DNA from: a virus
Virus record (IMG/VR): IMGVR_UViG_3300017992_000055
Length of the DNA stretch: 37,176 bases
Direction: 5' to 3' (one strand)
Each line of letters begins with the position of its first letter. Position 1 is the stretch's first letter. Shown here one piece after another: positions 24,687 to 33,337 of the stretch. Below the pieces are notes generated by a model. That model saw only the letters and a program-made list of their open reading frames with translations. It made no database searches and was not told the DNA's origin. A program made the position numbers and the translations under genes.

Positions 24687-25181
24687 TCAAGTTTGCGCCG
24701 CGGAACAGCATGTCGTGATAGTGAATTCCGCCGAGCGGAACAGCATGTCGTGATAGTGAATTCCGCCGAGCGCGTAGTGATTACGCGCCTGCTCTTTGCC
24801 AAGGTACATCAACCTCGGCGCACGCAATATGTGCTGTGGCGCCTGCGCACGTGTAACGCTCCACGGCCATTCCCAGATGTCCATCGTAAGGAAGTCAGGA
24901 CGTACCAGCGTGTGCGAACCGCCAATAGGCGACGCGTCTCTGTGTATGACCTGCAACAGTTCAACATAAACGCAGCCGTCGGGCCGCCAGCTGATGACCA
25001 TTTCCTCAGCGAAGAGCTGTGCAATTGGTCCGCGACCATCCATACGCAGCACGCAATGTACCGCGGCGTCCGGCTGATGCTGCGGCTTGGTAGGTTCGGA
25101 CGGCTCTGCTACCAAAGTCTTCGGCAACAGCGCCAACGTCGGCGCCGCTGCAGCAACCTTCAAGAAATCTCTCCGTCTCAT
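24687..25181 (-). CDS. secreted protein with a twin-arginine (Tat) signal peptide
   Basis: N-terminal MRRRDFLKVAAAAPTLALLP. Start taken at this methionine; upstream sequence in the track ORF covers the tRNA and terminator. Confidence 0.4.
   Translation of the reverse strand: MRRRDFLKVAAAAPTLALLPKTLVAEPSEPTKPQHQPDAAVHCVLRMDGRGPIAQLFAEEMVISWRPDGCVYVELLQVIHRDASPIGGSHTLVRPDFLTMDIWEWPWSVTRAQAPQHILRAPRLMYLGKEQARNHYALGGIHYHDMLFRSAEFTITTCCSAAQT
24701..24770. repeat. perfect 35-bp tandem duplication, two copies of GGAACAGCATGTCGTGATAGTGAATTCCGCCGAGC, at the 3' end of the Tat-protein gene
   Basis: Direct reading of the sequence. The repeat length is not a multiple of 3 and changes the C-terminal reading frame. 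Confidence 0.6.
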
Positions 25182-25211
25182 GACGTTCTCCCGGTAGGTT
25201 ATGAGGACACG

Positions 25212-25244
25212 AAAAAAGCCCGCCCGGCATGACGCCGGACGGGC
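25212..25244 (-). terminator. rho-independent terminator (minus strand)
   Basis: GC-rich hairpin GCCCGTCCGGC-GTCAT-GCCGGGCGGGC followed by T6. Confidence 0.5.
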
Positions 25245-25279
25245 CCGAAAGGAAGCAACATGGTTACCCGCAGTTGCAG

Positions 25280-25350
25280 TGGACCGCCGGGGAATCGAAC
25301 CCCGATTACCTGGGTGCAAACCAGGCGTCTTCCCGTTGGACCAGCAGCCC
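25280..25350 (-). tRNA. tRNA-Ala (TGC)
   Basis: G3:U70 pair in the acceptor stem, anticodon stem CCTGG/CCAGG, loop TTTGCAC. Confidence 0.55.
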
Positions 25351-26367
25351 TTATGTTTTGGTCGGGTCATTCGCGACCCACTCTTCAATGATACTCGTAT
25401 CGGCCGGACGCGGCAACTTCGAAAAATCGACCCGCCTGGCCTGTGCATAGATGTCCTCCGCCGGCGTCTCAGGAGCCATGCAGATGACGTAGTTGGTCAT
25501 GTTCGAGCAGCCGTAGACGAATACGTCTGCTCGCGCCAGCAGGTAGGCATCCGTTAGCGCCTGGACGCCTAACTGGTACGGATCGGCGCCTAGCTGCTCT
25601 GCGCGCTCGTGCGGCTCACCGGTGTATCCGGGCTGCGCCACCGTGCAGAACACCTGATCGCCCCAGCGCGCCTTGAAATGCTCCTGCACGCAACCTGCGT
25701 CGGTGCACAGCAAGACCACGGAATCCGGACGCAGATGCTTCTCAATGCGCTTGGCGTACTCCTCATAGGGTGGCGGCGCATTGTACTCGCAATACCAGTT
25801 CAGCAGCAGCGTGCCGTCGTGGTAGCGCCCAGGCCCACGAATGTGCGCACCGATCACGTGCTTGCCTGACAGATGCCGCGCATAGACGTCGTCGATGTGG
25901 TCGCTGATCGCCGGCTTCAACTTGACATGCTTGTCGATCACGGCTGCAGCGGCGGCGTGCCGGTGTGGCACTCCTAGTATCTCGCTGGCGTCGTTCCTAG
26001 GCTTGATGGCCTCATACCAGCGCGGGAACCTGCCGGCCTTCAGCGAGATAGGACAGCTGCGCTTCGTGTGCCCGTACTTGACGGTGCGGCGACACGCCTT
26101 TGCGTCCTCCCACGTATGGTCGATACGCTCGAAGAACTGGTCCCACGTGTCTCCAGCCGCCATGGCTGCTCCGCCTGCGTACAGCGAGCCGGACAAGGGC
26201 CACCAAGGCATGACCTGACAGTTGATTGGTAGGCCCCAGCAGACAGCGCTGATATACCGGGCCATGTTGAAGAACAACCCGTGCTCCGCCATCCGTACGC
26301 GTACGCGGCCGTTTGCCGCTATCCCGCGCATGCGTGCGCGTCTGTTCGTGTTATGCATCTGACGCAT
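25351..26367 (-). CDS. putative glycosyltransferase (fucosyltransferase-like)
   Basis: HIRGPGRYHDG block resembling the HxRRxD motif of NodZ/FUT-type enzymes. Start taken at MRQMHN to avoid tRNA-Ala. Confidence 0.3.
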   Translation of the reverse strand: MRQMHNTNRRARMRGIAANGRVRVRMAEHGLFFNMARYISAVCWGLPINCQVMPWWPLSGSLYAGGAAMAAGDTWDQFFERIDHTWEDAKACRRTVKYGHTKRSCPISLKAGRFPRWYEAIKPRNDASEILGVPHRHAAAAAVIDKHVKLKPAISDHIDDVYARHLSGKHVIGAHIRGPGRYHDGTLLLNWYCEYNAPPPYEEYAKRIEKHLRPDSVVLLCTDAGCVQEHFKARWGDQVFCTVAQPGYTGEPHERAEQLGADPYQLGVQALTDAYLLARADVFVYGCSNMTNYVICMAPETPAEDIYAQARRVDFSKLPRPADTSIIEEWVANDPTKT

Positions 26368-26385
26368 CGCTTTCCGTGCTTCTAG

Positions 26386-26459
26386 TGGAGTGAGAGGGAT
26401 TCGAACCCTCGGCCTCTTGAATGCCATTCAAGCGCTCTCCCGGTCTGAGCTACCACCCC
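26386..26459 (-). tRNA. tRNA-Ala (GGC)
   Basis: G3:U70 pair, anticodon stem CTTGA/TCAAG, loop ATGGCAT. Confidence 0.55.
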
Positions 26460-26465
26460 AGCAAC

Positions 26466-27251
26466 TCATATTCTTATCAGACTGTTCGGGAAACGTCTAC
26501 GCCTAGCACAGAGCCATTTGGCGTCATTGGAGCAGTCGTTGGCGATGATCGGCACCTCGTGCTCCACGATATACTCGAAGATCTTCACAGTGATTTCGCG
26601 ACTCTCGCGCGGCGATAGCAGCTGCAAAGGCTCGAAGAAATAGCAGTCTCCTACGAGTTCACGTGCGCGCTGACACCGTACGTACAGCTCCGCCAGGTTG
26701 ATATGCGAGACCTGCTTGGCGACCTCGTGGATGAGTCCCTTGGTGATCAGATTGTCGTAAACCTCTGGTATGGAAGGGACTTCGACCGTGTCGGCCCACT
26801 CCAATTTGGACATGTCCCACGTGGCTGCCAGGTTCAACCGAATCTCGTTGATACCCGCAGCGCGCAGGCGCTCCGCGGTCTCCTTGTTCAGCCGCAGGCC
26901 GTTGGTATAGCACCACTGCCAATCGACATCGAGCTGCTCAGCAATCTCGACGATCTTGTCGATGTACAGCAACGGCTCACCGCCGGAGTAGCTTACGCCG
27001 CGGATATCGTACTGGTAGATCTGCGATACAATCCGATCGAGATGGCCGGGCGTGTCCAGCCGATTGCGCTCTGGACGGCTGCAGAACCAGCAGTCAGCGT
27101 TGCAGCGCTGTCCCATGAACAGGCATAGCCACGTACCATCCTTGCAGCGCTGGCATCCTTTGGACAGGTCATGAATTTCGCCGTTCGTGACAGTGCCATC
27201 TGAGATGTGGACACCAAGCTTCTCGTAGCGGTCTCGATGTTCGGGTAGCAT
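26466..27251 (-). CDS. radical SAM enzyme
   Basis: CxxxCxxC cluster (CNADCWFC) and a GGEPLL SAM-binding motif. Confidence 0.6.
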   Translation of the reverse strand: MLPEHRDRYEKLGVHISDGTVTNGEIHDLSKGCQRCKDGTWLCLFMGQRCNADCWFCSRPERNRLDTPGHLDRIVSQIYQYDIRGVSYSGGEPLLYIDKIVEIAEQLDVDWQWCYTNGLRLNKETAERLRAAGINEIRLNLAATWDMSKLEWADTVEVPSIPEVYDNLITKGLIHEVAKQVSHINLAELYVRCQRARELVGDCYFFEPLQLLSPRESREITVKIFEYIVEHEVPIIANDCSNDAKWLCARRRRFPNSLIRI

Positions 27252-27259
27252 GCATCGTC

Positions 27260-29131
27260 CTACGGCGGCGGCACAGGCGGGGGTACGAATTTGCCATCCA
27301 CTCTGCAGTCAGAGTAGTATGCGCGCCACTCTGCGGTCTGTTGGGTCAACGTGTACGGGTCTTGATAGGCATAGGTCGTGTTACCTTCTACGACGCACCG
27401 ATCGGCCTTGGCACCTGTACGTTTCCGCGGCAGGTGGTGCATAGTGATGGCGCGGCGCACGCCGTTACCTCTGACGCGCCGCACGGTGAACTGCGCCCGA
27501 TCCTCCACGACGACAGCCCAGTCGCTCACGCCCTCATGCCAATTATCCAGCATCATCCCATCGATTTCAATCGCCGTACTGGCGTCGCCGATGATGACTG
27601 GCGCAAAGAACATTCCGGACATACCCTCGCCGCGGATGCTCGTCCACTTGCCGAGGATACCGTTAATACGCAGCATCGGCACGCCGGACAGTATTCGCTC
27701 TGTGCCGTCGGCCTCCGAGAAATTGCTGGTATTCAGCACGTTACGGAACGGCACTGGGTTGTCCTCGTCCCACCACGTCCACAGCGAGAACGAGTTCTCG
27801 TCGATGTATTTTACGCGCATCCAGCGCTCATTCAGTTCGACCATGCCGGATTCGGTCTCCAGCTTGATCCACATGCCCTCGGCGAGGCCATGGTTCTGGC
27901 ACGTGAACACGCCCTCGACGTCGCGGGTGATCTCCGTACAGCGCCGGTAGATCAGCTGCTTGCCTGCGATCTCGCACGGATCTTCGAGCGTGAACGACCC
28001 GATGCCCTTCGTTGACGCCACGGTGGTAGCGATGCCGCCCTTGGCTACGTACACAGGGTCGCCGACGGTCAGGGCGTTGTTGTAGAACGCGCATGTCAGC
28101 CTGTCGTCCGCCACTGTCGTCCACATGCCCGTACCCATACAGCCGCATTCGGACAGCACGGACTCGAACGTACCGGTGCCGCCCTTGCAGAAGATACCGG
28201 CGCGCTCCCACGGCTTGTGCTGCACGAACTTACCTTCGTGCCAGACCGTTTCGTCGTCCGGCGCAGGGAACCACTCAGCGCGATGTCCCATCGTCCGCAT
28301 CGTGTTGATCGAGCGCACAGGTGTGTTGGCTACACCGAACATGCGCACCGCAAATCCGCGACAGTTCAGCGTGAACACGTTGTCGATACGGCTGCCGAAG
28401 CACCCGATGATGTCCAAGCCGACCTGCACGGTGTGCTTCACCGTGATGTTCGGAATGCCGCGGCTGTACGTGTGGTAGCAGAAGTAGGCGCCACGGCACT
28501 TGTAACGGCCGTAGACCTCCACACCGTCGATGCAGTCGAATGCCTTGGCGCTGCTGCCGCCGGCAACGTACAGCACGTACTTCGTCGGCGCGTAGTCTCC
28601 GGTGTACTTCAAGACCGAATGGCCATTACCGCGGAGCACTACGAACTGTTTCATACCGTGCGGAGAGTCTGGCTTGCCGCGGTGGCACGTTGTTGCGCCA
28701 GGCGCGTCGTGCTGACCCCACCATGTGGGGCGTGCAATCCAGTCGAAGCCGCTGAAGATCGAGTCGCCGCACAGATACGTCCCGCCGTCCAGGTCGACCT
28801 CGCCCACTTTGCCGACAGAACTGGTCGGATAGTGCATGCTGTCGATGGCTTGCTGGATCGGTATATGCGCATCAGGCGTGTCGGGACGAGCGCCCCAGTC
28901 CCGCGCAGCTACGCGGTTCTGCGGATTGTCGATCGCCAGCCGTACGCCGCCTGGTTGGCCTGCTGTGCGCCCCTGTTCGTCGAAGACGCGCTGGCCCAAA
29001 GGATTGTAGTACGGCTCGTGCAATGTGGCATAGACGCCAGCAGAGAGTACGAATTCGCCGCCCAAGAAGATAATCGGCTCGTGAAATTCGGTGTCCTGTG
29101 TGATGAGTACACGCGTAGTCACGACGAGCAT
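27260..29131 (-). CDS. right-handed beta-helix (pectate-lyase-fold) tailspike/depolymerase-like protein
   Basis: 623 aa; N-terminal segment ...IPIQQAIDSM...GEVDLDGGTYLCGDSIF; repeated G/N/D-rich beta-strand signatures. Confidence 0.45.
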   Translation of the reverse strand: MLVVTTRVLITQDTEFHEPIIFLGGEFVLSAGVYATLHEPYYNPLGQRVFDEQGRTAGQPGGVRLAIDNPQNRVAARDWGARPDTPDAHIPIQQAIDSMHYPTSSVGKVGEVDLDGGTYLCGDSIFSGFDWIARPTWWGQHDAPGATTCHRGKPDSPHGMKQFVVLRGNGHSVLKYTGDYAPTKYVLYVAGGSSAKAFDCIDGVEVYGRYKCRGAYFCYHTYSRGIPNITVKHTVQVGLDIIGCFGSRIDNVFTLNCRGFAVRMFGVANTPVRSINTMRTMGHRAEWFPAPDDETVWHEGKFVQHKPWERAGIFCKGGTGTFESVLSECGCMGTGMWTTVADDRLTCAFYNNALTVGDPVYVAKGGIATTVASTKGIGSFTLEDPCEIAGKQLIYRRCTEITRDVEGVFTCQNHGLAEGMWIKLETESGMVELNERWMRVKYIDENSFSLWTWWDEDNPVPFRNVLNTSNFSEADGTERILSGVPMLRINGILGKWTSIRGEGMSGMFFAPVIIGDASTAIEIDGMMLDNWHEGVSDWAVVVEDRAQFTVRRVRGNGVRRAITMHHLPRKRTGAKADRCVVEGNTTYAYQDPYTLTQQTAEWRAYYSDCRVDGKFVPPPVPPP

Positions 29132-29153
29132 TGTTGGCCTCCTAATATCTAGG

Positions 29154-29468
29154 TCACTCAGCCCACGAGATCGTCACCCATGACTTGCCCTCTCTTTGAT
29201 CATACTCTTCCTTGACGGTATAGCCAAGTTCCTCTAGGCGCTTGCGCACACGCTGCTTCTGCGGCATCTCGCCTTTGAACGGCGGTAGATTAAGGCTCGT
29301 ATACCCACGCGACGACGAATGCCTTATCCGCGCAAAGATGTTCTCCAGCTCTTCTTCGACCTGTTTTGACGGCGCCTGCGTGTTTGCGCGCGCCTCGTCT
29401 GCTGAGATAGGGCCGCGTGGCCCTGTTCCTAAAACCATTGCAGCCTCCTTCCGTTTGACTAAAAGCAA
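29154..29468 (-). CDS. hypothetical protein
   Basis: ORF of 104 aa. Confidence 0.3.
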   Translation of the reverse strand: MLLVKRKEAAMVLGTGPRGPISADEARANTQAPSKQVEEELENIFARIRHSSSRGYTSLNLPPFKGEMPQKQRVRKRLEELGYTVKEEYDQREGKSWVTISWAE

Positions 29469-29542
29469 GTACCCCGTACCAGATTCGAACTGGTGATCTC
29501 CTGGCTGAGAACCAGGCGTGCTGAACCACTACACTAACGGGG
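29469..29542 (-). tRNA. tRNA-Glu (CTC)
   Basis: Acceptor GCCCCGT/ACGGGGT, anticodon stem CCTGG/CCAGG, loop TTCTCAG. Confidence 0.55.
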
Positions 29543-29585
29543 CAAAAAATGGCCGCCCGGGTCATTAGCCTATATAACGGGCGGC
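29543..29585 (-). terminator. rho-independent terminator (minus strand)
   Basis: 9-bp GC stem GGCCGCCCG/CGGGCGGCC followed by T6. Confidence 0.55.
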
Positions 29586-29923
29586 CGGGTGTGCTAGGAC
29601 TGATCCGACTTGTTGACTTCTCCGTTTAATCCGTATGCGTGAATCTCTCGTAAAAGGCGTACTTCATTATACTACCGGGGCTCGAGCGCCGATTTGCCAG
29701 GCCGGCTCGGCGAGGCCTTTGTAGGGCACCTGCCACTGGCAGATGCCAAGCGCCCCGGGGGGAGTTGATACCCCATCTCCTAGTAGGTAAGGATAGCTAC
29801 GGAATTCGATTCAACAAGTGACAACACGGGTGATCTTGAGCGATAGCTTGAGTCTGAACGTGAAGTGCGCATAGGGTTCCGTTGATGGTGACGCTCTAGC
29901 AATTGAGCTACCCCACAGGAAAG

Positions 29924-29995
29924 ATCCGGCGGTGGGATTCGAACCCACGTGGGCTGGTTTACAAAACCAGTGCATGGCCTCTCTGCCACACCGGA
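29924..29995 (-). tRNA. tRNA-Thr (TGT)
   Basis: Anticodon stem CTGGT/ACCAG, loop TTTGTAA, T-arm GTGGG-TTCGAAT-CCCAC. Confidence 0.55.
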
Positions 29996-30097
29996 GTAAG
30001 TTGTGGGGGGAGGACTCCAACCTCCAACCTTCACCTATGGAACCTGTATCATGCGCGTTTTTGAGTCTGAGTCTGAACTTGTCGCTATGTAAAGCTG

Positions 30098-30862
30098 CTA
30101 CGCGGTCTGCGCCGGAGCAGCAGCTTTCGCTCCTTGCGTAATGAAGTCGAAGAGCGGCCGGGCGATCTCGAAGCTGTCGGTCTGCGCCTGGTTGGCCTGT
30201 TCGCGGGCCAGCCGGATGCCTTCGATCAGCTTGTCGACGCGCTCCAGCATCTTCTCCTTCTCGTCTGCCGGTATTCTACCCGACATGAGCACAGTTTCCC
30301 ACTCACCTACGACGATGTCCTCGTCGAAGCGCTCGGTCTGTGCAGGGTGCTCGGTGGTGGCTTCGTACTTCACCAGTACCTGTGGGACTTTCCGCGTCCG
30401 GACCTTGCTTGTCTTCCCCGTCACGAAGCAGTTGCGGTTGGGGTCGTGGGTCCAGTTTTCGGCGGAGTCCAGTACCGGCAGATGTGCTAGGAATGTGCGC
30501 ACGTCGGTGACGTGCTTTTCCAGGAACAGCAAGCTGGTGACCGGTACGTCGGCCAGGATCAGGGCGCCATCCACCTTGATGTCGCCCTTGGCCGTGCAGT
30601 TGGCTGCGTCCTGCGTCGCGGTGACGTTCAGGAGCTTGGTCCAATGCTTGACGGCCTTCTTGAGGCAGCTTTCCCAGGTGCACTGGATGTTCTTGTGCTC
30701 CGGCGGCAGCTGAGGCTCGTCCTCGCGCTTGGATTTGTAGGTCCGCACCAGTCCGTCGAACAAGGCAGGTTTCTGGACCTGCTTGTAGATGGTGGTGACG
30801 GCTTCCTGCGTCCGGGTTCGTTGCCCGTTCGCAACAGCGATGATCTGATTCAGTTTGGGCAT
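30098..30862 (-). CDS. hypothetical protein (254 aa)
   Basis: AAGGAGGAGG ribosome-binding site; the 16-bp motif lies about 45 nt upstream. Confidence 0.4.
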   Translation of the reverse strand: MPKLNQIIAVANGQRTRTQEAVTTIYKQVQKPALFDGLVRTYKSKREDEPQLPPEHKNIQCTWESCLKKAVKHWTKLLNVTATQDAANCTAKGDIKVDGALILADVPVTSLLFLEKHVTDVRTFLAHLPVLDSAENWTHDPNRNCFVTGKTSKVRTRKVPQVLVKYEATTEHPAQTERFDEDIVVGEWETVLMSGRIPADEKEKMLERVDKLIEGIRLAREQANQAQTDSFEIARPLFDFITQGAKAAAPAQTA

Positions 30863-30924
30863 CCTTTGCCTCCTCCTTTGAATCTGAAACTAACGGTCCT
30901 AATTTTGATCTCATGATCAAAAAG

Positions 30925-30995
30925 CAGTCCGGCAGGGAGTCGAACCCCATCCTGCTGATCCAGAGTCAGCCGTGCCGCCAATACACCACCGGACA
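30925..30995 (-). tRNA. tRNA-Gln (CTG)
   Basis: U1-U72 mismatch and G73, anticodon stem GCTGA/TCAGC, loop CTCTGGA. Confidence 0.5.
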
Positions 30996-31056
30996 ATATG
31001 ACGCCACCGTCGGAACGCCGACGGTGGCGGTACTCTTTCTGCACATGGCAGATGAG

Positions 31057-31377
31057 CTAAGCAGCAGTCAGTTCGGCCTGGACGTCTTCCATAAGGCCGG
31101 CGAGCTCCTGCATACAAGCGCTGACGTACTCTGTGATACTCTCGGTATCGGTACCGTCGACCTCGATGCCGTCAAGGCGCTCCGCGGCAGCTTGGCCGCG
31201 CGCGATGACGATCTCGGTCATCCGATCGGACTCCAGATCATACTGGATGTCGCACTTCATTCTTCCAAAGCCAGGGGCATCGGTGCTCATGTGGAGCATG
31301 GCCTTCTTGCCGCCCGGGGCCTTGAACGAACACTTCAACTTCGCCTTCTTGGGCATGTAGCCCTCCTCCAGCCCCAT
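31057..31377 (-). CDS. hypothetical protein
   Basis: ORF; GGAGGAGGG ribosome-binding site before the internal ATG at 31356. Confidence 0.3.
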   Translation of the reverse strand: MGLEEGYMPKKAKLKCSFKAPGGKKAMLHMSTDAPGFGRMKCDIQYDLESDRMTEIVIARGQAAAERLDGIEVDGTDTESITEYVSACMQELAGLMEDVQAELTAA

Positions 31378-31475
31378 GCGTTACGCCCCCTTATCAAAGA
31401 CGCCAAGCATGAAAAACAGCATGACGACTACACACGCAATCCAGATCGTGTCGTCCATCAGTTCCTCCTTCTGAG

Positions 31476-31546
31476 CAGCCCAACAGGGAGTCGAACCCCG
31501 TCCTGCAGGTCCAAAACCTGTCGTGCAGCCGTTACACCATTGGGCA
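31476..31546 (-). tRNA. tRNA-Gln (TTG)
   Basis: Paralogue of 30925-30995; anticodon loop TTTTGGA. Confidence 0.5.
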
Positions 31547-31632
31547 ATAATGTGAGGCGCGTCGCTTGTGCCGATGCTGCAATCTCGGAATACGGCGCTG
31601 AGGCATAAGTAGCTTACTGTCCTCCCTCACCA

Positions 31633-31702
31633 GTACCGCGTACGGGTTTCGATCCCGTCTGATCAGGTTGAAAGCCTGATGACCTCACCAGAAGTCGAAC
31701 GC
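31633..31702 (-). tRNA. tRNA-Glu (TTC)
   Basis: Anticodon arm ATCAGG-CTTTCAA-CCTGAT, T-arm CGGG-ATCGAAA-CCCG. Confidence 0.4.
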
Positions 31703-31820
31703 GGCCTGTGCGCCCCCGACCACAATTGGTCCGACCACGCGGCTTAGCGGGGGCATCGTAGGTGGCTACTCCACGGACTCGTAATGGTCTCCTTATCTGC
31801 AGGTGAACCACAAGTGTAAG

Positions 31821-31891
31821 CTGCTCGGCTAGGAGTCGAACCTAGACCACTCGGTTAACAGCCGAGCGCTCTGCCTCAGAGCTACCGAGCA
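31821..31891 (-). tRNA. tRNA-Asn (GTT)
   Basis: Anticodon stem CTCGG/CCGAG, loop CTGTTAA, T-arm CTAGG-TTCGACT-CCTAG. Confidence 0.55.
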
Positions 31892-31895
31892 AAAG

Positions 31896-31968
31896 CAGGC
31901 ACCCAGGGAATCGAACCCCGCCACGCGGATTTGGAGTCCGCATCGCCAGCCTTGGAACATTGGCACCT
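31896..31968 (-). tRNA. tRNA-Trp (CCA)
   Basis: Anticodon stem GCGGA/TCCGC, loop CTCCAAA. Confidence 0.55.
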
Positions 31969-32126
31969 GTAACAGTGAGTAGCGCAGACTCGAACACCGA
32001 GCAGGGGTTGACATACCGATGCGCGACTGGTGCTTGAGGAAAACGTAGGTGGGTATAGACCTTCCTGGATGTGCCAACTGCATACGGCCTGGCCCAGAGC
32101 CACCTGACTCTTTCCGACTCACTGAG

Positions 32127-32199
32127 CGCCCCGACGGGGTTATGATCCCCGTACTCCGGATCGACAGTCCGGCGTTTTTCCGATTGAAACTACCGGGGC
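32127..32199 (-). tRNA. tRNA-Asp (GTC)
   Basis: Anticodon stem CCGGA/TCCGG, loop CTGTCGA; unusual T-loop ATCATAA. Confidence 0.5.
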
Positions 32200-32368
32200 G
32201 TTTGGAGGCGCGCTGACGCAGTACGCCAAGCCACCTCCTCTAGGTTGGCAGCTACACGGATGTGACACATCCGCTCACATGCGCATACCAGGTCGCAACT
32301 GCGCTCCGCCCCGACATTGGGGGAACGGTCTACGTGTCACCAGTTGCTCACCCACTTCGAAGTATCGT

Positions 32369-32566
32369 TCACCGACCCTTTTTCGTCAAGGGCTCGGGCT
32401 TCTTGGCCTTCTTCTTCGGTACACTCGCTTTGACGACGTCCTTGCCGCACACCGTGCAGCGATGGCCAGCGCCAGTAGCGGTTACAGTCTCGTTGCAAAC
32501 TCGTCTCTTGTGCCCATACTGCGCGTCCTGGTACGGATGGTCGCACAGACATTCCTTGATTGGCAT
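32369..32566 (-). CDS. small zinc-ribbon protein (MPIKECLCDHP...CTVCGKD) with a lysine-rich tail
   Basis: CxC...CxxC motif; internal start. Confidence 0.35.
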   Translation of the reverse strand: MPIKECLCDHPYQDAQYGHKRRVCNETVTATGAGHRCTVCGKDVVKASVPKKKAKKPEPLTKKGR

Positions 32567-32674
32567 GTGTTTCCTTTCGGTGTCATACGAAAACAGCGCA
32601 GCGGAAACTGAGCTCCGCTGCGCTGTTAAGTGTCTCAAACAAAGCTGGCGGAGGTTAGCCCGCCAGCATTATGC

Positions 32675-33337
32675 TTAGACGGGCGTCTCGGTGATCCGGT
32701 TGGGCGCATTTTCTGGCCCGCGCGGTTCCATCGAGGCTTCGATCTGCGCCACGTCGACGCGGTTGTCGTTGCCTGCGAAGGTCATCAGGTACGCGAGGAT
32801 CTGTTGGTACAGACCGTAAACGCGCAGCGAGTCGTGTCGGGTGATGAACCGCGAACGCTCGCGCGAGTTGAGTCGCGTCCAGGTTACGATCACTGTGTCG
32901 ACGGCCGACAACAGGATCCGGCCGTTGCCGCTCATGTTGAGCTGGCTGTTCACCGGGATGTCGACGTCCTGGCCCGAGAAGTCCCAAGGGAGTTGGTACA
33001 TCTGCGTGGCCGGCATCTGGATGTCGTCGCCACCAAACGGATTGGCAGCATCGGTGATGTCCGCAGTTGCGTCGATCGCCGTAGCGATCTTGTCGCCGAG
33101 ATCAGCACCGTCTGGGTTATGAGTAACCCGGCGACGCCAGCGATCAGCGTTGACAAGCAGCTGCAGAAAATGGTCTCTCGACGGGTCGTCGAGACCGCCT
33201 CGGTCGCGGAGATCTTCACTGTGGACAATCTCCGAGCGCAGCAACATCAACGGCTGCAGACCGGCGGCGATGTGATGGTTTCGGCATTCCGTGATTACGT
33301 TACGGAATTGTTCGACGCCAGGGTCACCTACTGGCAT
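32675..33337 (-). CDS. hypothetical protein (220 aa)
   Basis: ORF. Confidence 0.4.
   Translation of the reverse strand: MPVGDPGVEQFRNVITECRNHHIAAGLQPLMLLRSEIVHSEDLRDRGGLDDPSRDHFLQLLVNADRWRRRVTHNPDGADLGDKIATAIDATADITDAANPFGGDDIQMPATQMYQLPWDFSGQDVDIPVNSQLNMSGNGRILLSAVDTVIVTWTRLNSRERSRFITRHDSLRVYGLYQQILAYLMTFAGNDNRVDVAQIEASMEPRGPENAPNRITETPV

Noticed and set aside
29996-30075. T-arm-like GGAGG-TTGGAGT-CCTCC with a CCCCCAC tail
   Set aside because: No matching acceptor 5' strand, D-arm or anticodon arm could be found; it is probably a tRNA remnant, and is not reported as a gene.
31614-32122. Minus-strand ORFs 31614-31811, 31829-32122 and 31882-32103
   Set aside because: They read through tRNA-Glu, tRNA-Asn and tRNA-Trp in frame, so are incompatible with those tRNA genes.
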